Below, one piece after another: positions 28,701 to 38,483 of a DNA stretch of 64,000 nucleotides. The DNA lies in contig JBGAML010000004.1 of assembly GCA_044223005.1 (NCBI GenBank), forward strand, positions 160,001 to 224,000, read 5' to 3'. The translations under genes were made by a program, and so were the position numbers. Numbering within the stretch: the first letter of the stretch is position 1; each line of letters starts with the position of its first letter. The notes beneath the pieces were generated by a model, which saw only the letters and a list, made by a program, of their open reading frames with translations, ran no database searches and had not been told where the DNA came from. This DNA comes from Candidatus Eiseniibacteriota bacterium (GTDB taxonomy: Bacteria; Eisenbacteria; RBG-16-71-46).

Positions 28701-29237
28701 GAGCAACGGCACCGCGGGCGTGCAGAGGCCGATGATCCCGACGCGCACGCCGTTGGGGAGCAGCTTGACCAGCGTGCCGGGGAACGCGGGCGAGCCGTCG
28801 GCGCGTGTCACGTTGGCGGCGAGGATCGGGAACTTCGCGGCGGTGCGGGTGCTCTCGAGCGCCGCGGGCCCGAAGTCGAACTCGTGGTTGCCGAGCGCCA
28901 TGGCGTCGTAACCCATGGCGTTCATGGCCAGCGTCACGGGCTCGGGCGCGCCGGCCGGCTCCTGGTGCCACACCGAGACGAGCGGGCTGCCCGCGGTCGC
29001 GTCGCCGTCGTCGAGCAGCAGCACGGGCGGGCCCTCGGCGCGAACCTTCGCGACGAGCGTCGCGGCCTTCGCGAGGCCGCGTGCGGCGGGTTTGCCGAGC
29101 AGGTCGTCCCACGGCAGCAGCGAGCCGTGCACGTCGGTGGTGTGGAGCAGCGTGACGCGGGTCTCCTCGGCGCCGGCGGGACGGACGGCGAGGACGAGCG
29201 GCAGGAGCAGGAGCGCGGTGAGCGCGAGACGACGCAT
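25749..29237 (-). CDS. Secreted tandem 2',3'-cyclic-nucleotide phosphodiesterase / 5'-nucleotidase (two metallophosphoesterase plus C-terminal domain modules)
   Basis: Two sets of motifs: HTTDVHG/DDGD/LGNHEFD/GHTH and ETTDFHG/DGGD/IGNHDFD/GHSH; signal peptide. Confidence 0.9.
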   Translation of the reverse strand: MRRLALTALLLLPLVLAVRPAGAEETRVTLLHTTDVHGSLLPWDDLLGKPAARGLAKAATLVAKVRAEGPPVLLLDDGDATAGSPLVSVWHQEPAGAPEPVTLAMNAMGYDAMALGNHEFDFGPAALESTRTAAKFPILAANVTRADGSPAFPGTLVKLLPNGVRVGIIGLCTPAVPLLADPAQIAGYMFLSPIEVAQREVARLRGAEHCDVIVVLAHTGFEKDPRTGELRKGDAPGEDFGWRLANEVRGVDVVILGHTHVVVPYAEIGGALVTQAGKSAESLGRVDLTLTRASDAAPWTVATKRATVIALGDTVATDPALAAALAPYAARTKAALDVTVATAGSDLAAPAGRLADNALWQLIHRAQLAATGADVSLAAMFDPSQVIAAGPVRVRDLMRLYPYDNTLVTVRLTGAELKEALEQSARFLAPYTGEDGKSLIEPGMPGFNFDMAMGVTYKIDPTKPVGQRILALKRYDRTGPPYWYEVLPSDTFRVVVNGYRAAGGGDFEMIRRAPRVGHASVTAPQALLAYARSQKQLQGTVQFTWSLRPDWIASPERPLIERLVRNHVIDPMFFDEEGWDKAANRRDLGYWNYMAFPHSKLSPLARRDDAVLVTVGEALAACERTARAEKLAITTRSGADPAFRRSLLTGTSVGADPSARLTRAQWLGMLANLRLPVIRVLETTDFHGAILGGAKDRRSGRAFGSTPALAAWIEHFRAENPEGTVLIDGGDIFQGTMISNLQYGRPVVEQMNLLHYTAAAIGNHDFDWTVDTLQARVHGMRFAALGANIVERKSGKRPWWVRSDTSVARRGVKVSILGLGYPGTPRVTLPTNVAHLRFEDDSATTALAVPRLRKAGANVVVVVGHIPAETDSSRRARGDVARLANGIAGVDAWFGGHSHNVVDDRIHDAPVMIAGANGQWLAMADLTVDVTKRAVVERKQRIMQVWADEYPLDTTWVARVRGWNANVAPIAAEVIGRNAEPLRRGRPEATIGDFICDAMRFQSGADIAMQNPGGMRADLPAGEITRGAIYEIMPFDNTIVVVTLTGAEVKRGLEQALKYERVTQVSGIRYAFDSSRAPMDRVTSLTMADGSPIDPAKTYKVAVNNFMATGGDNYDVLNKGAGGRDDAGLIIRGAMEAYVRDRCKGGAALTIREDGRITQSGR

Positions 29238-29375
29238 CGTGGGAGGACCTCCGGGAATCGGGCGCGACCTCGGGGTACGGGCGCGTGGGGTGGAGCGGAC
29301 CGGGGACGGTATCAGCCGCCGGGGCGGGCTGCCACAGTTCGCGCTCCGGCCGGGGCGGGCGGCCGTCGGGTGGGA

Positions 29376-29405
29376 TTGCGGGCGGGCGAGGGCCCCCCGT
29401 ATAGT
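29376..29405 (+). promoter_or_regulatory. Putative sigma-70 promoter
   Basis: TTGCGG-N18-TATAGT upstream of 29450. Confidence 0.45.
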
Positions 29406-29449
29406 CCGGTGTCGGGCCCGCACGCACGAGTTCACGAGGTCGAGACCCC

Positions 29450-30277
29450 ATGACGGACCAGATCCGCTGTCCCAGCTGTACGCACCTGAACGCTGCGGAC
29501 GCGTCGTACTGCACCGAGTGCAACTTCCCGCTCCACGACGCGCCTCCCGCGCCCGGGGCGGCTCCCGCGCCTGCGGAAGCGGCCCCCGCAGCCCGGCCCG
29601 ACGCGCAACCGCCGGCGTTCGATCCGTCGATCCGCCGCGTGCGGCCGATCCGGCCGCGGCGCCCCGGCGCCGCCGCGAATCCGCTCCAACTCCAGCTCTG
29701 GCTGGTGCTGGGTGGCATGGCGATCGTGATGACGATCCTCTGGGTCGCGTGGCAGGGTTTCCAGAAGAACAACCAGCCCACGCCCGTCGAGGGGGCGAGC
29801 GACACACAACAAAAGGACGCCGACCTCGCGCGCGCCGAGCTCAAGCGCGACTCGACCAACGTCAATGCGCAGATCGCGCTCGCGAACGTGCTCTACGACA
29901 CCGCCAACTGGACCGAGGCGATCGTGCACTACCGTTCGGCGCTGCGTCTCGATCCCCAGCGCGTGAGCACGATCGTCGACCTGGGCGTCTGCTACTACAA
30001 CCTCTCGGCGACGGCGCCGGCGGAATCGCTCTTCCGCGCCGCACTCGAGCTCGACCCGCGCCAGCCGGTGGCGCTTTTCAACCTCGGCATCGTCTCGGAG
30101 AACCGCGGCGAACTGGAGCAGGCGCTGCAGTTCTACCACCGCGCCATGCAGGGCGGCCCGCCGCAGGGCATGGGCGAGGCTCTGAACGCCGCGATCCAGC
30201 GCGTCATGCAGAAGACGAACAAGAAGGCGCCTGCGATCCCGCCCGGACAGGGCCCCGGAGGCGCGAGCGGGTTCTGA
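29450..30277 (+). CDS. Zinc-ribbon / single-TM / TPR protein
   Basis: CPSC..YCTEC ribbon, one TM helix, C-terminal TPRs. Confidence 0.8.
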   Translation: MTDQIRCPSCTHLNAADASYCTECNFPLHDAPPAPGAAPAPAEAAPAARPDAQPPAFDPSIRRVRPIRPRRPGAAANPLQLQLWLVLGGMAIVMTILWVAWQGFQKNNQPTPVEGASDTQQKDADLARAELKRDSTNVNAQIALANVLYDTANWTEAIVHYRSALRLDPQRVSTIVDLGVCYYNLSATAPAESLFRAALELDPRQPVALFNLGIVSENRGELEQALQFYHRAMQGGPPQGMGEALNAAIQRVMQKTNKKAPAIPPGQGPGGASGF

Positions 30278-30297
30278 CGCGCGAGGCACGAACATCA

Positions 30298-30330
30298 CGC
30301 GGGGCGGTCGCCGACGGCGGCCGCCCCGCG
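30298..30330. terminator. Hairpin between convergent genes
   Basis: CGCGGGGCGGTCGCCG / CGGCGGCCGCCCCGCG. Confidence 0.55.
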
Positions 30331-30336
30331 GTGCGT

Positions 30337-30993
30337 TCAGGCGAGCAGGCCCATGTTCGTGAGCGCCGCGCGCGTCGCGAGGCTGCAGGCGCCCTGCGGA
30401 TCGCGCGCGCACGCGCCGACCAGCGCGGCGACGTCGCCGGGCGCGTCCACGTCGGCGAGCGTGCGCAGCATCGCGACGCGCAGCTTCGCGGCGGCCGCCT
30501 GGCGCTGCGTCGCCGCGAGCACGTCCGCGGTGCTCCACGGCACGTCGCGGAAGAGCGTTGGCTGCGCTCGCGTGAGCCCGACCAGCCAGTAGCCGCCGTC
30601 GACGGCGGGGCCGAGCACGAGGTCGGCGTGCTCCAGCGCGTCGAACGCCGCGTCGAGGTCCGCCGCGCGCAACCCGGGTGCATCCGAGCCCACGACCACC
30701 GCGCGCGTCGCACCGCCGGCGAAGGCCCGGGCGAACGCGTCCTCGAGCCGTGCGCCGAGGTCTCCGGCCGCCTGAGCGATCGCCGTGAATCGCTTCGGCG
30801 GTCCGGGCGCGCCCTCGGTCTCGCTCCACGCGATCACGCGCTCGTCGGCGCGGCTGCCGGCCGCGGCGGCGAGCGTGTCGACGAGCAGGCCGGCGTACAG
30901 CGCGGCCGCGAGACGGGCGGGCAACGCGGGGACGAGGCGCGTCTTGACGCGCCCCGCCACGGGCGGGCGGGCGAAGATCGTGAGCGAGTGCAT
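30337..30993 (-). CDS. DUF2064 / TIGR04282-like nucleotidyl- or glycosyltransferase (CofC-like fold)
   Basis: FARPPVAGRVKTRL, GDLGARL, GSDAP, LGPAVDGGYWLVG and DVD. Confidence 0.85.
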   Translation of the reverse strand: MHSLTIFARPPVAGRVKTRLVPALPARLAAALYAGLLVDTLAAAAGSRADERVIAWSETEGAPGPPKRFTAIAQAAGDLGARLEDAFARAFAGGATRAVVVGSDAPGLRAADLDAAFDALEHADLVLGPAVDGGYWLVGLTRAQPTLFRDVPWSTADVLAATQRQAAAAKLRVAMLRTLADVDAPGDVAALVGACARDPQGACSLATRAALTNMGLLA

Positions 30994-31187
30994 GCGTGTG
31001 GGAGGCCGGCCGAACGGCCGTCGCCCCACGATATCGGCCCGCGCGGCGATTGTCATGACGGGCACTTCGCCGCCGACGGACCTTCGGCCGGTTGCGCGCG
31101 GGGCGAACCGACCCTAGCTTCCCCGGCATCGGATCCTCCATGCCGCCGGTCCGGCGGCCTCCACCCGCCTTCGCGAGAGCCATTTCC

Positions 31188-32609
31188 ATGTCGAATCCGC
31201 ACTACCAGGTCGTCGTCGTCGGCACCGGCCCCGGGGGCTACGTCGCCGCGATCCGTGCCGCGCAACTCGGGCTCCAGACCGCCGTGATCGAGAAGGACGA
31301 GATCGGCGGCACCTGCCTCAACTGGGGCTGCATCCCGACCAAGGCCTGGGTCGTCACCGCGCACCTGTACGAACAGATCAAGCGCGCGAAGGAGTTCGGC
31401 ATCGAGGTCGGCGAGCCGAAGATCGTCTGGCCGTCGCTCGTCGAGCGGAAGAACAAGATCGTCAAGCAGCTCACGGGCGGCGTGAAGCAGCTGCTGACCG
31501 GCCGCGGGGTCGCGATCCACATGGGCGCGGCGACGCTGCGCGACGCGCACCGCATCACGATCGCGGGCGCCGGCGGCGCGACGCAGGAGATCACGACCGA
31601 CAACATCGTGCTCGCGACGGGCGCCTCGGCGTGGATGCCGCCGGGCTGGTCGCTGGACGGCGAGCGCGTGATCGGCAGCAAGGAGGCGCTCGACCTCACG
31701 CACCAGCCGAAGCGCATCGCGATCCTGGGCGGCGGCGTCGTGGGCTCGGAGTTCGCGTGCTTCTTCGCGGCGATCGGCACGCAGGTGACGCTGATCGAGA
31801 TGCTGCCGCGGCTGGTGATGGCCGAGGACGAGGAGATCTCGCAGGCGCTCGAGCGCGAGATGAAGAAGCAGAAGATCGCGCTGCACCTCGGCACCAAGGT
31901 CGAGGACCGCAAGGACAACCCCGACGGCTCGATCACGCTGACCCTCGCGGGCGGCAAGACGGTCGACGTCGACACGGTGCTCGTGGCGACGGGCCGCCGG
32001 CCCTACAGCGACGGGCTCGGGCTCGCGGCGGCCGGTCTCGCGCCGGGCGAGCGCGGCCGCATCGCCGTCGACGATCACCTGCGCACCAGCGTGCGCAACA
32101 TCTACGCGATCGGCGACGTCACCGACATCAAGCAGCTCGCGCACTTCGCGAGCGCGCAGGGCAAGTCGGCGGTCGAGATCATCGCGGGCCACGCGGCGCA
32201 GACCAACTGGCGCGCGGTGCCGGCGGCGACGTTCACCAACCCCGAGATCGCGAGCGTCGGCCTGACCGAGACGGAGGCCAAGTCCGAAGGCCGCGAGGTG
32301 AAGGTGGGCCGGTTCCCGTTCCGCGCGCACGGCCGCAACATCGCCGACGGCGAGACGACCGGGTTCGTGAAGATCGTGGGCGATGCGAAGAGCGGTCAGG
32401 TGCTGGGCGCCCACATCCTGGGCCCCAAGGCGAGCGAACTGATCCACGAGTGCTCGCTCGCGATCGCCGCCGACCTCGACGTGAAGGACCTCGCACACGC
32501 GATCCACGCCCACCCGACCATGCAGGAAGTGATCGGCGAGGCGGCCGAGGACGCCGACGGCGTGGCGATCCACCTGATCCGCGCCGCGGCCAAGGCGGCC
32601 AAGGGCTGA
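31188..32609 (+). CDS. lpdA: Dihydrolipoyl dehydrogenase
   Basis: GTGPGGYVAAIRAAQLG, GGTCLNWGCIPTK, HAHPTMQE. Confidence 0.96.
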   Translation: MSNPHYQVVVVGTGPGGYVAAIRAAQLGLQTAVIEKDEIGGTCLNWGCIPTKAWVVTAHLYEQIKRAKEFGIEVGEPKIVWPSLVERKNKIVKQLTGGVKQLLTGRGVAIHMGAATLRDAHRITIAGAGGATQEITTDNIVLATGASAWMPPGWSLDGERVIGSKEALDLTHQPKRIAILGGGVVGSEFACFFAAIGTQVTLIEMLPRLVMAEDEEISQALEREMKKQKIALHLGTKVEDRKDNPDGSITLTLAGGKTVDVDTVLVATGRRPYSDGLGLAAAGLAPGERGRIAVDDHLRTSVRNIYAIGDVTDIKQLAHFASAQGKSAVEIIAGHAAQTNWRAVPAATFTNPEIASVGLTETEAKSEGREVKVGRFPFRAHGRNIADGETTGFVKIVGDAKSGQVLGAHILGPKASELIHECSLAIAADLDVKDLAHAIHAHPTMQEVIGEAAEDADGVAIHLIRAAAKAAKG

Positions 32610-32718
32610 CCGGCGCCGTTCGCGCGCAGCATCCGGCGGCCGCGGAGCCTCGCTCCGCGGCCGCCCGCGTTCCGGCGCCGCTGGCGCTCGCGCGCCCGCC
32701 CCGCTAACGTGGCGCGCG

Positions 32719-34272
32719 ATGACTCGCGCCCGTTCGCGGTTCGTCCCCTCGCTCCTCGTCGCGCTGCTGGCGATCGCCCCGCCCGCGCGCGCGGCCTTTC
32801 GCACGCTCGAGGAGATCCCGGTCGAGTCGCCGACGTACCGCATGGTCGAGGAACTCGCGACCTCGCACGGCCTCGGCACGGCGTTCCTGCACACGCGCCC
32901 GTGGCAACTCCGAGACCTCGCCGACGCGCTCGATGCGATCGCGCGCCGCGCGCCCGAGGCCGCGACCGACCCGCTGATGCTCCGCCTGCGCCGCGAGCTC
33001 GCGCCCTCGGAGGCGCCCGGCGGCTGGGCGCCGCTCGTCGCGGCGAGCGATTCGGTGTCGGCGGTGGAGCTCTCGCCGTACGCGAGCGCGAGTTACTCGG
33101 AAGACCGTGCGCGGCGTGCCGTCGCGCGCGATTTCCGCGCCGGCGTGCAGGGCGCGCTCGCGCTGGGCGACGGTGCCCTCGTCGCCGCGGACGTCTACGC
33201 CGGCACCACGTCGCCGGGACCGCACGGGAACCCGGTCGAGAGCCGGCACTTCGGGCTCGTCGAAAACGTGCAGGTGAACTCGTACTTCGATCGCGGCACG
33301 ATCGCGCTGCGCAACCGCTGGGGCCGCGTGACGCTCGGCCACACGTGGCTGCGCTGGGGCCCCGGTGCGTGGGCGGGGATGGCGCTCGCCGACGGCGCGC
33401 GCGCGATGGACGTGGCCGAGGTGCGCGTGCCGATCACGGGCCGCGCGCAGCTCGAGTGGTTCGTCGCCGAACTGGACCCGCTCGCCGAGCGCTTCCTCGC
33501 GGGCCACCGGCTGGAGCTGCGGCCGGCCGCGAATTGGGACGTGGCGGTCGCGGAACTCGCGCGCTTCGACGGGACGAGCCAGTTGCCGCTCTACCTGCTG
33601 CCCGCGATCCCCTACAGCCTCGTCGAGAAGCGCGTGCTCAAGGCCAGCGACCCTTCGTCCGCCGAGTCGACCGGCACGGGCAAGAACAACGTCATGTGGG
33701 CCGCCGACGTCGCGTGGCGCGTGCGGCCCGGACTGCGCGCGTACGGCGAGCTCGCGGTGGACGACGTGAGCTTCAGCTCCGAGAAACGCCCGCGCGCGCT
33801 GGGCTGGCAGGCGGGGTTCGACGCGCGGCGCCGCGCCGGTCGCGGCGCGTGGACGGTGCGCGGCGAGTACGCGCGCGTCCATCCGTACACGTACTCGGTC
33901 TGGCACCACCACGACTTCGCGTTCGCCGGCTACTCGACCGCGTTTCCGCCCGGTCCCGACGTCGAGCGCGTGAACGCGCGGCTCGAGTGGCGCACGGGCC
34001 CCGATGCCGCGTTCGGGATCGAGGGCGCGCGGACCCGCAAGGGCGAAGGCGCGCTGGGCCAGCCGTGGGTCGCGGGTGCGCCGACGTCGACCGCGCTCAC
34101 CGGCGTCGTGGAGCGCGACACGCGCGTGGCGCTGACCGCCGACTGGTCACCCGCGCCGGGCCTCGACGCCGGGCTCGTGCTGGGCACCGCGGACGTGCGC
34201 GCGAAGGGCCACGTCGCGGGCACCGACGCGAGCGGTGCGTTCGGCCAGCTGCGGGTGCGCGTGCGGCGCTAG
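32719..34272 (+). CDS. Capsule assembly Wzi-like outer-membrane protein
   Basis: Signal peptide; WGPG..G.AL.D, HRLE and YGEL.VDD patterns; adjacent to the polysaccharide locus. Confidence 0.7.
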   Translation: MTRARSRFVPSLLVALLAIAPPARAAFRTLEEIPVESPTYRMVEELATSHGLGTAFLHTRPWQLRDLADALDAIARRAPEAATDPLMLRLRRELAPSEAPGGWAPLVAASDSVSAVELSPYASASYSEDRARRAVARDFRAGVQGALALGDGALVAADVYAGTTSPGPHGNPVESRHFGLVENVQVNSYFDRGTIALRNRWGRVTLGHTWLRWGPGAWAGMALADGARAMDVAEVRVPITGRAQLEWFVAELDPLAERFLAGHRLELRPAANWDVAVAELARFDGTSQLPLYLLPAIPYSLVEKRVLKASDPSSAESTGTGKNNVMWAADVAWRVRPGLRAYGELAVDDVSFSSEKRPRALGWQAGFDARRRAGRGAWTVRGEYARVHPYTYSVWHHHDFAFAGYSTAFPPGPDVERVNARLEWRTGPDAAFGIEGARTRKGEGALGQPWVAGAPTSTALTGVVERDTRVALTADWSPAPGLDAGLVLGTADVRAKGHVAGTDASGAFGQLRVRVRR

Positions 34273-34303
34273 GGGCGAGGCGGGTGACTCGCCGCGCGGT
34301 GCG

Positions 34304-35182
34304 TCAGTCGCGCCGGATCCAGCTGGAACCCATCACCGTGAGCGAGCGGAACGGATCGCCGTGGCGCAGGTGCGAGAGCCAGCGGCGCAGCGCCTGCGGG
34401 TGCCGGCGCCACGAGAGCCGCCACGCTTCCGCCGGCCGCATGCGGTCGGTGGTGAGCAGGTCGGCGTCGCGCAGCAGGTCGACCGGGTGCACGGGCGCGA
34501 AGCGCTTCCCGAGCGCGGCGAGCAGCACGGCCACGTCCTCGAGCCGGATGTCGGAGTCGCGCGCCAGGCTCACGTCCCACGTGAGCACGAGCCGGCCGCC
34601 GGGGGCGAGCACGCGCGCGAACTCGTCGATCGCGCGGAAGCGCTCCGGGGCGTGCTCGAGCACGCTGATGCTGTAGACGGCGTCGAACGCGCCGTCCTCG
34701 AACGGCAGCGACTCGATCGCGCCCTCGCGGAACGTGACGTGCGAACTGCTCGCGGCGTTGGCGGCGCGGTAGCGCTCCGCCAGCACGGGGTTGGTGTCGA
34801 GGCAGGTCACCTGCCAGCCGGTCTGGTCGAGCAGGAACGGGAAGAAGTTGATGCCAGAACCCGCGTCGAGCACGCGCCCGGGCTTCCGGGCGGCGAGGTT
34901 CCACCACACGTACGGGTACTCCCAGCGCCGGCTCCAGTTGTCGAGCCGGTCCGGCGTGTGGCGGAAGCTGCGCGGCCACGTGTCGTACGTCGCCGCCATG
35001 AAGAGCGCCTGGAACTCCTCCATGCGCCGCAGCAGTTCGCGCACGCGCGGCGTCTCGAGGTCGCGCATGCGCGCGTAGCCGGCGCGCGCGAGCGGTTCGG
35101 GCGCCGGAGCCGGCGCGGCCGCCGGCACGCGCGTGGGTGCGGGCGTCGCGGCGGGAGCGGCGGTCGCGGTCGCCGGCGTCAC
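34304..35182 (-). CDS. Class I SAM-dependent methyltransferase
   Basis: VLDAGSG, LPFEDGAFDAVYSISVLEH and RVLAPGG; GTGA overlap with the upstream gene. Confidence 0.85.
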   Translation of the reverse strand: MTPATATAAPAATPAPTRVPAAAPAPAPEPLARAGYARMRDLETPRVRELLRRMEEFQALFMAATYDTWPRSFRHTPDRLDNWSRRWEYPYVWWNLAARKPGRVLDAGSGINFFPFLLDQTGWQVTCLDTNPVLAERYRAANAASSSHVTFREGAIESLPFEDGAFDAVYSISVLEHAPERFRAIDEFARVLAPGGRLVLTWDVSLARDSDIRLEDVAVLLAALGKRFAPVHPVDLLRDADLLTTDRMRPAEAWRLSWRRHPQALRRWLSHLRHGDPFRSLTVMGSSWIRRD

Positions 35183-35973
35183 TGGCCGACGCTCCGGCCG
35201 GTGAGCACCATCCACACCGTGCCGATCAGCACGCCGAAGTCCACGCGCAGCGAGCGCTCGCGGACGTAGCGCAGGTCGAGCTCCAGCGTCTCCTCGAAGT
35301 TCAGGTGATCGCGGCCGAGCAGCTTGGCGAGCGACGTGATGCCGGGCTTGACGCTCAGGATCGCGCGGGCGGACGCGCCGTAGTAGGGGATCAGCTCCGG
35401 GATCTCGGGGCGCGGGCCGACGAGGCTCATGTCGCCGAGCACCACGTTCACGAGGTTCGGCAGCTCGTCAAGGCTCGTGCGGCGGATGAAGCGGCCGACC
35501 CGCGTCACGCGCGGGTCCTGCCCGGGATGGAAGCGCAGCGTGCGGATCTGTTCGTCGGTGTAGCGGTAGTCGTAGAGCTCGGGGAAACGCTCCTTCGCGT
35601 CCACGAACATGCCGCGGAACTTCCAGAAGCGGAACGGGCGGCCGTTGCGGCCGATGCGCGTCTGCGTGAAGAACGCCGGGCCGGGCGAGTCGAGCCGTAC
35701 CGCGATCGCGAGCGCCACGAGCACGGGGCTCACGAGCAGGAGCCCGATCGCCGCCAGCAGCCGGTCCGTCGCGTCCTTCACCCATTCGCCGCCGCGCGAG
35801 TAGCGGCCGACCCGCTCCCAGGCGCGATCCGTGCCGGCGTCCGGCCAGCGATGCAGCCGGCCGGCGGCGACCTCGTCGAGTGTGCGCTGGAACTCCTCCA
35901 CCATCGCCTCCGATTCGTCCAGGTCGGTCCACGCGCGCGAGCGCATCCGCTTCAGCTCACGGCGCGGGGTCAT
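35179..35973 (-). CDS. Initiating polyprenyl-phosphate sugar (phosphoglycosyl) transferase
   Basis: [36 protein letters not shown] and KPGIT. Confidence 0.92.
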   Translation of the reverse strand: MTPRRELKRMRSRAWTDLDESEAMVEEFQRTLDEVAAGRLHRWPDAGTDRAWERVGRYSRGGEWVKDATDRLLAAIGLLLVSPVLVALAIAVRLDSPGPAFFTQTRIGRNGRPFRFWKFRGMFVDAKERFPELYDYRYTDEQIRTLRFHPGQDPRVTRVGRFIRRTSLDELPNLVNVVLGDMSLVGPRPEIPELIPYYGASARAILSVKPGITSLAKLLGRDHLNFEETLELDLRYVRERSLRVDFGVLIGTVWMVLTGRSVGQ

Positions 35974-37220
35974 GCGGCCTTCCTCAGCGTGGCGGCATCC
36001 GGCACCGTCGCGCTCGCGCGGCGCACGCGGTAGGCGCGCACCACCTTGCGGACCGCGGCGACCACGTCCGCCGCATCCTCGACCGTCATCGCCGCCGACA
36101 GCGGCAGCGAGACCGTCGTGTCGCCGATGGCTTCCGCGATCGGGAAATCGCCGCGCCGGGTCCCGAGGTTGCGGGCGTACCAGCGGTGCAGGTGCAGAGG
36201 CACGAAGTGGACGCCGCTGCCGATGTTCTCCGCCGCGAGCGCGCGCAGGAACTGCGCCCGGTCGGCCTCGAGTGCCTCGGGCACGAGCCGCAGCGTGTAC
36301 AGGTGGCGCGCGTGGCGATTCGTCGCGTCGTCGCGCGGACCGGGCGTGCGCACCGCGCCGAGGCCGGCGAAGCCCTCGTCGTACACGCGCCAGATCTCCT
36401 GCCGGATGCGCAGGTTGTCCTCGAGCCGCGCGAGCTGGTGGATGCCCAGCGAGGCCTGCAGGTCGGTCATGTTGTACTTGTAGCCGGGCTCGAGCGTTTC
36501 GTACGGCAGCCACGCGCCGGGCGAGTAGCGCTTCCACGCGTCCTTGTCGAGGCCGTGCAGGCGCAGCGTGCGCAGGCGGTTCCACGCCGCTTCGTCGTGC
36601 ACGGTGAGCATGCCGCCCTCGGCCGTCGTCATGTTCTTGGTGGCGTAGAAGCTGAACGCGGTGAACGGGCTGATCGAGCCGACCTTGCGGCCCTGCGCCC
36701 AGGTCTCGGCGGCGTGCGCGGCGTCCTCGATGACCACGAGGCCGTGCCGTTCGGCGAGCGCGCCGATCGCCTCCATGTCGCACGGCCAGCCGCACATGTG
36801 CACCGGCAGGATCGCCTTCGTGCGCGGGGTGATCGCGCGGGCGATGTGGGCCGGGTCGATGTTCTGCGTGCGCTCGTCGACGTCGACGAACACGGGCTTC
36901 GCGCCGACGTGCGTGATCACGTTGCCCGTCGCGCAGAAGGTGAGCGGCGTCGTGATCACTTCGTCGCCTTCGCCGATCCCGGCCGCGATCAGTGCCAGGT
37001 GCAGCGCGGCGGTCGCGGAGTTGACCGACAGCGCGTAGGGCGCGCGGGCGTACTCGGCGAACTCCTGCTCGAAGCGCGCGCACTTGGGGCCGTAGCCGAT
37101 CCACCCCGAGCGCAGCGTGTCGACGACTTCGGCGATTTCTTCCTCGCCGATCCGCGGAGCACCGAAGACCAGGAACTCCGGACGGACGGGACGCCCACCC
37201 TCGCACGCGAGACGCGACAT
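35970..37220 (-). CDS. DegT/DnrJ/EryC1/StrS PLP-dependent sugar aminotransferase
   Basis: NSATAALHLAL, IEDAAHA, FSFYATKNMTTAEGG. Confidence 0.95.
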   Translation of the reverse strand: MSRLACEGGRPVRPEFLVFGAPRIGEEEIAEVVDTLRSGWIGYGPKCARFEQEFAEYARAPYALSVNSATAALHLALIAAGIGEGDEVITTPLTFCATGNVITHVGAKPVFVDVDERTQNIDPAHIARAITPRTKAILPVHMCGWPCDMEAIGALAERHGLVVIEDAAHAAETWAQGRKVGSISPFTAFSFYATKNMTTAEGGMLTVHDEAAWNRLRTLRLHGLDKDAWKRYSPGAWLPYETLEPGYKYNMTDLQASLGIHQLARLEDNLRIRQEIWRVYDEGFAGLGAVRTPGPRDDATNRHARHLYTLRLVPEALEADRAQFLRALAAENIGSGVHFVPLHLHRWYARNLGTRRGDFPIAEAIGDTTVSLPLSAAMTVEDAADVVAAVRKVVRAYRVRRASATVPDAATLRKAA

Positions 37221-37432
37221 GACGAAATCCCCTCGCCGCGAACGGCGGCACCTCCCGCGGGAACGCGGAGCGCCGGCGTCACGGAATGACGTGGAACGAG
37301 CTCGACATGGAAACGATGCCTGCCATGCGATCCGAGGGGTGGATCGCCACCGCGGAGGGGTTCGCGGCGTACCTTTCTCTTTTCGGCGTGCGCGACGCCG
37401 GAATCCAGCGAAAACCACTTCGCGCATGCACG

Positions 37433-38464
37433 CTACGCGGCGCGCCGCACCTCCCGCGTGGGTGTGGTCGGAACGCCGGGGCGAACGCCCGCGGCGGAAA
37501 GGACCGCTTCGAGTCCCGCGTCACGGCGGGCGAGCGAAAACGACTCGAGCACGCGCGCACGCGCGCGGCGCCCGGCGTCGGCCGGGAGCGCGAGCGCACG
37601 GGCGATGGCTTGGGCGAGCGCTTCGGGTGCGGCGGACGCCGTCACGACGCCGCTATCGCCGGCCACCCAGGGCAGCGCGCCCGCATCGGTCACGACCGGC
37701 ACCGCGCCGCAGAGCATGCCCTCGGCGAGTGCCAGCCCGAACGCCTCGTGCTGCGACGGCTGCACGATCGCCGCGGCACGTGCGAGCCAGTCGACCTTGT
37801 CGCCGTGCGAGAGCCGGCCGGTGAAGTGCACGTTGGGCGTCGCGATCGTGCGCAGGTGCGCGATCGCGTCGTCCATCCACGCGCCGATCACGACGAAGCG
37901 CGCCTGGGGGAGGAGCGCGGCCGCACGCACGAACGGCTCGAGGCCCTTGCGCGTGAGGTTGCTGCGGTTGACGCCGCCCACCGTCACGACGAGGCCGGGA
38001 TCGCGCTCCTCGCCGGCGTCGTAGCGTTCGGGATCGAGGCCCAGCGGCACCAGCGACACGCGGTCGTCCGGCACGCCGAGCGCCCGCACTTCGCGCACGG
38101 TGAACTCGGAGATCGCGAGCACGCGTGTGGCCAGCGCCAGGACGGCCCGCGCCACGAGCCGGCGCAGGCCACCGCGCTGGTGCCCGTACGCGATGCCGGG
38201 CAGCGCAGCCGTGTCGTAGCCGCCGACCACGATCACGAACGGCTTGCCCTGCAGCCGCGCACACGTGGCAGGCCACAGCGCGTGCCAGCTCGCGAACCAC
38301 GCCATCACCGCGTCCGCCGCGGCCACCGTTCGCCACGTCGCCACGGGTCGCGGCCAGCGCGACGGGCAGCCGGTGACCACGACGTCGTGCCGCTGCCGCA
38401 GCAGGCGCAGGTCGATCTCGATGTATTCGGACATCTCGCGGTAGAAGTAGGCCAGTCGCGCCAT
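37433..38464 (-). CDS. GT4-family glycosyltransferase
   Basis: RKGL and PSQHEAFGLALAEGMLCG. Confidence 0.9.
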   Translation of the reverse strand: MARLAYFYREMSEYIEIDLRLLRQRHDVVVTGCPSRWPRPVATWRTVAAADAVMAWFASWHALWPATCARLQGKPFVIVVGGYDTAALPGIAYGHQRGGLRRLVARAVLALATRVLAISEFTVREVRALGVPDDRVSLVPLGLDPERYDAGEERDPGLVVTVGGVNRSNLTRKGLEPFVRAAALLPQARFVVIGAWMDDAIAHLRTIATPNVHFTGRLSHGDKVDWLARAAAIVQPSQHEAFGLALAEGMLCGAVPVVTDAGALPWVAGDSGVVTASAAPEALAQAIARALALPADAGRRARARVLESFSLARRDAGLEAVLSAAGVRPGVPTTPTREVRRAA

Positions 38465-38483
38465 GGTGTCCTCGGGGGAGGTT

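Noticed and set aside
30337..30993. Arsenosugar biosynthesis cluster
   Set aside because: Only the DUF2064-like gene is present, with no ArsS radical SAM or ArsM neighbours.
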